Shown: positions 37,851 to 45,477 of the stretch, in pieces
Numbering within the stretch: the first letter of the stretch is position 1
Layout of the letters: every line of letters begins with the position of its first letter
From: Candidatus Aminicenantes bacterium
GTDB taxonomy: Bacteria > Acidobacteriota > Aminicenantia > Aminicenantales > Saccharicenantaceae
Assembly (NCBI GenBank): GCA_037447475.1
Contig: JBBIGP010000004.1
Location: 7,713-71,712 of the forward strand
Direction: 5' to 3'
DNA: 64,000 bases
Notes under the pieces: model-generated
Databases searched by the model: none
Seen by the model: the letters and a program-made list of their open reading frames with translations, nothing else
Told to the model about the DNA's origin: nothing
Translations under genes and position numbers: made by a program

Positions 37851-40034
37851 ATGGCCGGACGCGTCGTCTACAATGAGGGCGCAGGGGATGACATGCCCGA
37901 CTTCTACGTCTATCCCAAGACGGGCGATCCGTTCACCGTGCCGCTGAAGCCCGGCAAGATCACCATCGGCCGGGCGCCGACGAACGACCTCGTCCTTTCC
38001 GACCAGTTCAGCTCGGGATGTCACGCCTCCGTCTATCCGACGACAAGCGGATTCGTCCTTCTCGATCACGGCAGCAAGAACGGCACGTTCGTCAACGGCA
38101 AGAAGGTCACGGGGGAGATCCTCCTGGCCCGGGGGGACGAGATCCTCATCGGCTCGACGAGGATCTACTTCGACCGGGAGTTCCAGAGCAGCATCGAGAT
38201 GGTCGAGGGGACGACCTTCACCCACAGCTCGAACACCATCATCCAGGTCAAGGACATCCTGAAGAAGGCCCCCACGGCCGGCGACTACAGGACGCCCGGA
38301 GGGGAGCTCGACCTGGGGAAGCTCCAGCAGGAGCAGAAGATGATCGCGGTCATGGGGGAGGTCAGTCAGGCCCTCATCTACCACATGCCCCTCGACAAGC
38401 TGCTCAACCACATCATGGACGTTCTCATCCAATACCTGCCCATGGACCGGGGCGTCCTGATGCTCAAGGACCCGGCGACGGGCGAGCTCGCCCACAAGGT
38501 CGTCCGCGTCCAGAGCGGGTCCCTGAGGACGCAGAACATCGCCATCAGCAAGACCATCGTCCAGACCGCCGTCGAGAAGAACTCGGCCATCCTGCTGTCC
38601 GACATCCGGTCGGACGAGAGGTTCGGCGGCCAGGCCAGCGTCATCCAGGCCCAGATCCATTCGGCCATGTGCATCCCCCTCTGGAACAACCAGAACATTC
38701 TCGGGCTCATCTACGCCGACCGGGCCTCCCTCGTCGAGCAGTTCACGGAAGACGATCTGAAGCTGCTGACCCTGCTCGCCAACCTGGCCGCGGTCAAGAT
38801 CGAGAACGCCCGGCTCTACGAGAATTCCCTCAAAATGGAGCAGATGGAGCGCGAGATGGCGATGGCCGTCCAGATCCAGAAGAACTTCCTGCCCCGGGGG
38901 AACCCGTGGTTCGAACCCTACGACGTCAGCGGCAGCATGCGGGCCTGCCACCACGTCGGCGGGGACTACTACGATTTTCTGCCCGAGGCCGACGACCGGC
39001 TGGGCATCGTCATCGCCGACGTCTCGGGGACGGGGGTCAGCGCGGCCCTCCTCATGGCCAACCTGAGGGGGGCCCTGACCGAGAAGTTCCCGGTCACGCC
39101 GGACCTGGGCGAGCTGGTCGCCAAGCTCAACGACTTCGTCCATTCGAGCTCGGACAGCCATTGCTTCATTTCTTTTTTCCTGGCCGTCCTGGACCGCGCC
39201 CGGGACAGGCTGACCTACGTCAATGCCGGCCACAACCCCCCCCTGCTCGCGGACGATCGCGGCCGGATCAGCCGGCTCGAGAGCACGGGTCTCTGTCTCG
39301 GCATGTTCCCGGCCCGGGCCTACGAGCAGCGGACGATCGACCTCGGGCCGGGGGACGTGCTGTGCCTCTACACGGACGGGATCGTCGAGGGCCGGAACAA
39401 GGGCGGGGAGGAATTCGGGGAGGAGAGGCTCGCGGGGATCCTCCGGTCCGCCGCGGCCATGCCGGCCCGGGGGATCATGGAAAGGATCTACGAGGAGGTC
39501 CTCGCCTTCACGGACTGCTCCGCGGCCGGCGACGACATGACCCTCGTCGTCGTCCGGAAGAACCCGCGGCGGGAGGACGGCGAACGGTCTTCGACGGAAA
39601 GGGACGTGCGGGAGATCCGGGTCCCCGCCGCTCTCGAAGCCGTCGACCGCGTCAGGGAGTTCCTCCGGGCCTACATGGGCGAGCAACGGGTCCCCGACGA
39701 GGAGGCCCTGGCCGTCGAGCTCTCGCTCCACGAGATCTGCGTCAACATCGCGATGTACGCCTACTCCGGGGGTCCGGCGGGAGAGATGGCCGTCCGGATC
39801 TGGAACGATGACGGCATGCTGTTCCTCGAGATCCGCGACCGGGGCGTCCCCTTCGACCCCGCGGGAAAGCCGGACCCCGACCTTCTCGTCAAGGTCCGCC
39901 GCGGGCAGCGGGGCGGATTAGGCGTCTTTTTCTTCAAGACCCTCATGGACGGCTTCACTTACCGCCGGGAGAACGGGGAGAACGTCCTGACCGTCCGCAA
40001 GCGGATCCCGCCCCGGCCCGCTCCGGTTCAGTAG
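37851..40034 (+). CDS. Multidomain signalling protein: FHA - GAF - PP2C/SpoIIE phosphatase - RsbW-like HATPase
   Basis: FHA (ITIGRAPTNDLVLSD...GSKNGTFVNG). GAF (DRGVLMLKD...LGLIYADR). SpoIIE (VGGDYYDF, ADVSGTGVSAAL, NAGHNPP, LYTDGI). HATPase_c_2 (LHEICVNIAMYAY, IRDRGVPFD, GGLGVFF). ATG 37893 is an alternative start. Confidence 0.9.
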   Translation: MAGRVVYNEGAGDDMPDFYVYPKTGDPFTVPLKPGKITIGRAPTNDLVLSDQFSSGCHASVYPTTSGFVLLDHGSKNGTFVNGKKVTGEILLARGDEILIGSTRIYFDREFQSSIEMVEGTTFTHSSNTIIQVKDILKKAPTAGDYRTPGGELDLGKLQQEQKMIAVMGEVSQALIYHMPLDKLLNHIMDVLIQYLPMDRGVLMLKDPATGELAHKVVRVQSGSLRTQNIAISKTIVQTAVEKNSAILLSDIRSDERFGGQASVIQAQIHSAMCIPLWNNQNILGLIYADRASLVEQFTEDDLKLLTLLANLAAVKIENARLYENSLKMEQMEREMAMAVQIQKNFLPRGNPWFEPYDVSGSMRACHHVGGDYYDFLPEADDRLGIVIADVSGTGVSAALLMANLRGALTEKFPVTPDLGELVAKLNDFVHSSSDSHCFISFFLAVLDRARDRLTYVNAGHNPPLLADDRGRISRLESTGLCLGMFPARAYEQRTIDLGPGDVLCLYTDGIVEGRNKGGEEFGEERLAGILRSAAAMPARGIMERIYEEVLAFTDCSAAGDDMTLVVVRKNPRREDGERSSTERDVREIRVPAALEAVDRVREFLRAYMGEQRVPDEEALAVELSLHEICVNIAMYAYSGGPAGEMAVRIWNDDGMLFLEIRDRGVPFDPAGKPDPDLLVKVRRGQRGGLGVFFFKTLMDGFTYRRENGENVLTVRKRIPPRPAPVQ

Positions 40035-40921
40035 AGGACCTTCTCTTCTCCGTTCATCCTGACGAGCCTGTCGATCTCCTTGAGGACGAGGTCCCTGCGG
40101 ACGAGCACGGCCTTGATCTCCTCGTCCGTGAGGTACTCGCCCACGACGCCCTTGACGGCCTCGGCATCGAGCGTCTTGATCTTGTCGACGATGGCCCGGG
40201 GCAGCTCGCTCATGAGCTTGGGGCCTTCCTTGTGCTTTTCCGTGTAGATCAGGCTCTTCGTGAACTTCCCCGAGGCCCGGAAGGACCGGGAGTGGTCGAT
40301 GAGGATCATCCGCCAGTCGGGCTGGGTGATGAGGATCTGGTTCTGGTGGCGGTCCTCGTTGGCGATGAGATTGTCCCAGAACCGCTGCAGGTAGGTCGCC
40401 CGGTTCCAATAATAGACCCTGATGGGCGGGACCTTGAGGTTCTTCTGCTCCTTGTCGCGGAGCGTGATGCAGTCCTCGACCCAGAGCTGGCAGGACCCGC
40501 GCTCCGCGCGGTAACGTCGCTCGACGGTCGGGGGGACCATGTTGAGCCCGAGGTGCTTGTCGAGGAGATAGGCGGCGACCTCGTAGTTCCAACCCTCCCA
40601 ATACCCGCCCATCCGGCCTTGGGCGTTCTTCCACAGGGCCCGGTGGGACACGTCGTCCTTTTTCAGGGTCAGGACCCAGGGGCTGGTCACGGATTCCCTT
40701 CCTGTCATCTGCCGGCTGTCGACGACCTCGGCCGTCCTCAGGAACTCCTCCCACTTCTCCCGCTCGGCCAGGTCTTCGGGCGTGAACTGGGCGGCGCCGA
40801 GTCGCGGGGCCGGCCCTCCGGGGCCGTTGGCCGGGCTCATGGCGTGGCCCAGGAGGACCACGGACAAGACGCCGGCGGCGATGGCGCCGGACACGATGGA
40901 TACGATCGCGGACTTTTTCAT
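40028..40921 (-). CDS. Exported PI3/PI4-kinase-like (type II PI4K-like) protein, paralogue 1
   Basis: Signal/anchor MKKSAIVSIVSGAIAAGVLSVVLLGHA. Motifs RALWK, EVAAYLLDKHLGLNMVPPT, GSCQLWVED, NLIANEDRHQNQILI, WRMILIDHSRSF. Strong GGGAGGG SD. Confidence 0.7.
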   Translation of the reverse strand: MKKSAIVSIVSGAIAAGVLSVVLLGHAMSPANGPGGPAPRLGAAQFTPEDLAEREKWEEFLRTAEVVDSRQMTGRESVTSPWVLTLKKDDVSHRALWKNAQGRMGGYWEGWNYEVAAYLLDKHLGLNMVPPTVERRYRAERGSCQLWVEDCITLRDKEQKNLKVPPIRVYYWNRATYLQRFWDNLIANEDRHQNQILITQPDWRMILIDHSRSFRASGKFTKSLIYTEKHKEGPKLMSELPRAIVDKIKTLDAEAVKGVVGEYLTDEEIKAVLVRRDLVLKEIDRLVRMNGEEKVLY

Positions 40922-40970
40922 TCTTCCCTCCCTGATCTATCCGGTCGATGGCCCAGCCATCTCCTCTCCC

Positions 40971-41807
40971 TCAGTAGAGGACGGCGGCTTCGCCCTGTTC
41001 CCGGACCATCTGGCGGATCTCCTTGAGCAGGAGGTCGCGGCGGGCCAGTACGGCCCGGATCTCCTCGTCCGTGAGGTACTCTCCCACAGCGGCCCGGATG
41101 GTCTCGAACGATAACTCCCGGATCCGGTCCACGAACGAGCGTGGCAGGCGCCGGAAGAGGAACGGCGTCCCCTGCATGGACGTCTGCAGGCCCCGCTGTC
41201 CGAACATCAGCCTTTTCGTGTGCTCCTTCGTCGCGCGGAACGACCGCGAGTGGTCGATGAGGATCATCCGCCAGTCCTCGGTGTAGAGGATGTTCTGCTG
41301 GTTCCGGTCCTCGTTGGCGATGAGACTGTCCCAGGCGCGGGTCAGCCACTTCATCTTTTCCGTGTGTTCCGTCACGGAGTCGGGAATGCGGATGTTGTTG
41401 TCGACGATCTTTTCCAGGCTGTGCTTGTTCTCGGCCCAGAGGACGAGGGCGCCGCTCTGTCCCTGGAACTCCCGCTCGACGGCCGGTGGGATCATGTTCA
41501 AGCCGATGAGCTTGTCGAGGCGGTAGGCGGCGATCTCGAATCGCCAGCCCTCGTAGAAGCCCAGCTGCATGCCGCTCGGGTTCTTCCAGCAGGCCGCCGC
41601 CTCGCGGTCTCCCTGTTTGAGAGTGAGCTTGAAGGGCTTGGTCACCCCTTCGCCGATCTCCTTGAAGCCGGCGATCTCGGCCGTCCTCAGGAACTCCTCG
41701 AACGCTTCTCTCGCGGCGATCTCGTCCGGGGTGAATTGCCCGAACAGGGCGGCCGGAGCCGCTATGAGCAGGAGAAGGCAAACGGCGGCCCGAAACGCAC
41801 ATATCAT
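40971..41807 (-). CDS. Exported PI3/PI4-kinase-like (type II PI4K-like) protein, paralogue 2
   Basis: Start re-picked at ATG 41807 (GGAGGA SD 7 nt upstream): MICAFRAAVCLLLLIAAPAALFG. Motifs AACWK, EIAAYRLDKLIGLNMIPPA, ALVLWAEN, SLIANEDRNQQNILY, WRMILIDHSRSF. Confidence 0.7.
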   Translation of the reverse strand: MICAFRAAVCLLLLIAAPAALFGQFTPDEIAAREAFEEFLRTAEIAGFKEIGEGVTKPFKLTLKQGDREAAACWKNPSGMQLGFYEGWRFEIAAYRLDKLIGLNMIPPAVEREFQGQSGALVLWAENKHSLEKIVDNNIRIPDSVTEHTEKMKWLTRAWDSLIANEDRNQQNILYTEDWRMILIDHSRSFRATKEHTKRLMFGQRGLQTSMQGTPFLFRRLPRSFVDRIRELSFETIRAAVGEYLTDEEIRAVLARRDLLLKEIRQMVREQGEAAVLY

Positions 41808-41915
41808 CGAATCTTCCTCCGATGGCACCCTGATGCTCCTATCATAAGGAGGGTCAAGGGGGAAATCAAGCCCAGCCCGAGCCCCGTTTCCGCTTCGTGT
41901 GGCCGTCGAGGGGGA

Positions 41916-43406
41916 TCAGGCTTTGGCAAGGGCATCCTGGGCGGTCTTCCGCCTTCGGTAGGCGGGAATGATCTTGAGACAGATGCCGATCAGGACGGCC
42001 ACGGCGAAGACGTTGAGGAGAGCGTAGTTTTCGATGTGAAGTCCGAGAAGGTGGACGCCGATGAGGACGGCCAGCGCTGAAAGCGTGTCTCCCCCCCTGA
42101 CAAAGAAGGTGTCGATAGCCGCCTTGGCTTTATACTTCTCCTCCCGCTTGGTGACCAGGAACAGCGCGGCCTTGGTCGTATTCTGAAGGGAATAGTCGGT
42201 GCCGTTCTCGAAGGCCTTGACCCAGCGGACGAGCACGAGAACGGCTCCGAAGGAAATCAGCGTGTAGCCGCCCAGGGCGATGAGAGGAAGGAAGAGCAAG
42301 GCCCCTCCCACGCCGATCCACTTGAAGATGCGCGAGACCAGGAAGAGCTGGATGATGAGGGCGATCAGATTGGTCAGGAACTGGTAGTTCATGAATGCGC
42401 TGTGAATGGCCTTGCTCTCCGTTCCGGCGGGCAAGGCCGGGGACGCCGCCGGGCGCTTCCGATCGGCTCCATCGTCGGGAAGCGGGACGAGCCGGCCCCG
42501 CGGGCCTCCCGCGGCTCCATCGGCTATCGACTCCCTGACCGTGACGGCGGTGATGATATATTCCCCGGTCGCATTGATGAAATTATAGAGGCCGATCATG
42601 GCCGCGATGAGAAGAAGGTAGCGGCTCTTGAAGATCAGCCGGAACCCTCCTCCCGCTCTTAGCGGCTGTTCACTGGCGACGCTTTCCTCCTCGGCCTTGG
42701 CCAGGCCCTTTTCGCGGGCCTCGCGGGTGTCCCGGACGGCCCGGTTGTGGATATGCCAGGCCAAGGCGATGCAGAGCAGCAGGATGAGGCCCGCGATGAG
42801 CATGAGCTCGTATTCCCAGTTCTCCCCCAGGATATCCCTCAACCGCTTCATGATCGGCAAGGTCGCGACGAGCCATCCGAGCGTGGCTCCCAGGGCGACG
42901 AGCGGAAACGTGCGCTTTCCGACCTCGTCCGAATAGAGGTCGTTCGCGAAGCCCCAGAACTGGGCGATCACGAAATAATTGAATATGCCGATCCAGATGA
43001 AGAACATGATCCCCATGGGCTTGACGGCCATCCCGCTCAAGTTGAGGAAATAGAAGACGACGAGGTTGGAGATGAAGAATGATGTTGTCCAAGTGATAAG
43101 GATATGCCGAGGCACCCTGGAAGCGAGGCGACTGAATGCCTTGATGACGAAGATGAAGAGAACGGCTTGGGCCCCGCTCAGGTAGCTCTTGACTTGAGGG
43201 GAACCCTGGTCAACAAGGAGAAGCGACTCGCGCAGCGGCTTGAGGATGTAGTAGGCCAGAAGCAAAAGAAAGATGTTGAGGGCGAGCAGGAGGGCCTTCA
43301 GGGCTTCCCCCTTGCGGACGTCGGCGAACAGCCTGAGGAAGCCGTAGCCGATGTTCGAAGTAGCGCCGCCCGACGGCGGGATCCCCCCGCGGATTCTATC
43401 CCCCAT
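41916..43406 (-). CDS. TLC/NTT-family (ATP/ADP translocase-like) nucleotide transporter
   Basis: 496 aa, polytopic. LLLAYYILKPLRESLLL; IAQFWGFANDLYSDEVGKRTFPLVALGATLG; DYSLQNTTKAALFLVTKREEKYKAKAAIDTF. These match remembered Rickettsia Tlc motifs (FWQFANQI..EAKRFY; KYSLFDATKNMAYIPLD..KGQAAVE). Confidence 0.85.
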   Translation of the reverse strand: MGDRIRGGIPPSGGATSNIGYGFLRLFADVRKGEALKALLLALNIFLLLLAYYILKPLRESLLLVDQGSPQVKSYLSGAQAVLFIFVIKAFSRLASRVPRHILITWTTSFFISNLVVFYFLNLSGMAVKPMGIMFFIWIGIFNYFVIAQFWGFANDLYSDEVGKRTFPLVALGATLGWLVATLPIMKRLRDILGENWEYELMLIAGLILLLCIALAWHIHNRAVRDTREAREKGLAKAEEESVASEQPLRAGGGFRLIFKSRYLLLIAAMIGLYNFINATGEYIITAVTVRESIADGAAGGPRGRLVPLPDDGADRKRPAASPALPAGTESKAIHSAFMNYQFLTNLIALIIQLFLVSRIFKWIGVGGALLFLPLIALGGYTLISFGAVLVLVRWVKAFENGTDYSLQNTTKAALFLVTKREEKYKAKAAIDTFFVRGGDTLSALAVLIGVHLLGLHIENYALLNVFAVAVLIGICLKIIPAYRRRKTAQDALAKA

Positions 43407-43427
43407 GTCGACCTCCCTCCGGGACGC

Positions 43428-45311
43428 TCAGATCAGGACATGGCCCTCCCCGCGGGTCTCGATGAGCCTTTTGATGATCCGGATGATGAGGTCACGGCGG
43501 GAATGGAGGGCTTCGATCTCTTCTTTGTCGAGATGGGGCGACAGAAGGAGGAAGACCGCCTTCCTGTCCCACCCCAGGAGCTTGCCGAAGAGGTCTTTCG
43601 AGCACTTGCGGATCTCGCATCCGGGCGGAAGGCTCTTCCGGGGCGCGAAGGCTTCCGAGAAATCGACGCGGTAGATCCGCTGGTCGTCGCGGCTGACGAG
43701 CACGTCCCGGTCGTTGTCGCACTCTTCGTGGACGAGCATCTCGAAGAGCCGCAGGTCTTCCCGGTCCCGCTCGAAGGCCGCGGGCCGGGCCGGGGCGAGC
43801 TTCTGCTCCTTCCAGTCGAATTCCGAGATGGCGTTCTCGACGAAGACCTGCAGGGAGCCGGGGATCCCGTCGATCTCCCGCTCGATGACAGGCGGGACGA
43901 ACGCCAGCTTGAGGTACTTGGCGAGGTCGTAAGCGGCCAGCTCGTAGCGGTAGCTGTCGGGGAGCGGGTGAGGGCGGCGCCGGTCGATGTACTTGAACAT
44001 GGCCCTGCGCGTGACGCCGTCCTTCTCGAGGGTCACCCGCCAAGGCTCCGTCCGCCCGGCGGCGGCCGTCTTGCGGGCCATGGCCTTGGCCGTCCTGAGG
44101 AACTCCTCGACGGCTTTGGCCGAAGCGAGCGGTTCCGGGCGGGTGACGACCGGAGAGCTGCGGGCGGCGGCCTCTTCCGTCTCGCCCCAGAGCTCGAACC
44201 GTCCGTCCTCGTAGATGAGGGCCGCGGGCAGGCCGCCGTAAAACTCGGAGATCCCGGTGTCGATGACGAAGACCTTGCCGCCGAAGCGGCTGACGGTCTC
44301 GAGGGTCGCGATGGGGCTCGACCCGGCGTTGTTGACAGGCAGATAGCTGTGGCCGACGACGATGGCCCGGGCCCCGAGGTTGTCCAGGATACGGTCGACC
44401 TCGGCCTGAGCGGTGCCTTCGATATGGGTCGTCAGGCCCCGGAACCAGACCGGGCCGTCCGGCGCGTAGACGAGCTTGGGCTTGAAGGGCCTAAAATAGC
44501 GATGAGGGGACTTGATCCTCTCCCGGAACTCCTCGAGCTCCTTTCTCATGAGGTCGTTCGTCTCGCGCAACGGCCGTTTCGAGTAGTGCTCGTTGACGCC
44601 CCCGTGGAGGTAGACGACGTCGTTGATCTTGATGATGGTGTTCTTCGTCAGCAGCCAGCTTCCGTACAGGTCGTTGAAGGCGTTGACATAGGCCAGGCGG
44701 GCCTCCCGGTCGTGGCGGATGACACGCTGCCAGTAGGCCCGCAGAGCTTCGTCCGTCCCGAGATCCAGGCCCTCGGCCTCGGCCTGGCGGCGCCGGTCGC
44801 GGGGGAGCCTGGCGATGTAGGCCGCTTCCAGGGACCTGCGGACGCCGTCCGGGAGGAAGGAGACGAACTGCTCGGGCGTGACGTACTGAGGATAGTCCAG
44901 GGCGATGCCGGTGATGTTCATCTCCTCGTGGTTGCCGATGAGGACGTGGACCAAGCCGCCGGCCGCCTCGGCTTCCTTTTCGAGGCGCATGAGAAGGTCC
45001 ATGATCTTCCTGGCGTCGGGGCCGCGGTCCATGATGTCGCCGAGCTGGACGAGGTGGGCCGTCCCGGCGGTCCATCGGAGGTCCGCGTCGATGACGCCGA
45101 CCTCGGGGTTCGAGAGGATGAAGACGAACCGGTCGTAGTCGCCGTGCAGGTCGCCGACGGCGACGACGCGGCCGACGCCGGACCAGGCATAGGGGATCTC
45201 GGAGGCGGGAGAGAGCGGGACATGGAGCAGGATGAGCAGGAGAAGAATAAACAGACCTTTGAGGGGCCGACATGGGGCCTGTCGCGACCATCCCCTGCTG
45301 CGTTCGGGCAT
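43428..45311 (-). CDS. Exported PPP/calcineurin-type metallophosphoesterase fused to a degenerate PI4K-like domain
   Basis: Signal-like N-terminus (LKGLFILLLLILLHVPLSPA). GDLHGD, GDIMDRG, GNHE, LHGG and VGHS motifs in residues ~50-325. Residues ~395-627 are homologous to the two downstream kinase-like proteins but carry DNDRDVLV / YRVDFSEAF. Confidence 0.8.
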   Translation of the reverse strand: MPERSRGWSRQAPCRPLKGLFILLLLILLHVPLSPASEIPYAWSGVGRVVAVGDLHGDYDRFVFILSNPEVGVIDADLRWTAGTAHLVQLGDIMDRGPDARKIMDLLMRLEKEAEAAGGLVHVLIGNHEEMNITGIALDYPQYVTPEQFVSFLPDGVRRSLEAAYIARLPRDRRRQAEAEGLDLGTDEALRAYWQRVIRHDREARLAYVNAFNDLYGSWLLTKNTIIKINDVVYLHGGVNEHYSKRPLRETNDLMRKELEEFRERIKSPHRYFRPFKPKLVYAPDGPVWFRGLTTHIEGTAQAEVDRILDNLGARAIVVGHSYLPVNNAGSSPIATLETVSRFGGKVFVIDTGISEFYGGLPAALIYEDGRFELWGETEEAAARSSPVVTRPEPLASAKAVEEFLRTAKAMARKTAAAGRTEPWRVTLEKDGVTRRAMFKYIDRRRPHPLPDSYRYELAAYDLAKYLKLAFVPPVIEREIDGIPGSLQVFVENAISEFDWKEQKLAPARPAAFERDREDLRLFEMLVHEECDNDRDVLVSRDDQRIYRVDFSEAFAPRKSLPPGCEIRKCSKDLFGKLLGWDRKAVFLLLSPHLDKEEIEALHSRRDLIIRIIKRLIETRGEGHVLI

Positions 45312-45430
45312 CTGTATCCCTTATACACGTTTTTGTGGTGGGAATCAACGGCTTGGCCGTCCACGATGCGTGTCATCGATAGACACCACGGGACCGGTCG
45401 TTTCCCATCAGGGGAGTGGAGCCGAAAGAA

Positions 45431-45460
45431 TTGACTCCGCCGCCGGGCCCCTGATATCCT
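45431..45460 (+). promoter_or_regulatory. Candidate promoter (TTGACT-N18-TGaTATCCT) for the DUF1343 gene
   Basis: TTGACT at 45431-45436 and TATCCT at 45455-45460 with an upstream TG. Motif match only. Confidence 0.3.
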
Positions 45461-45477
45461 GAGGCGCGCGGGCAAGG

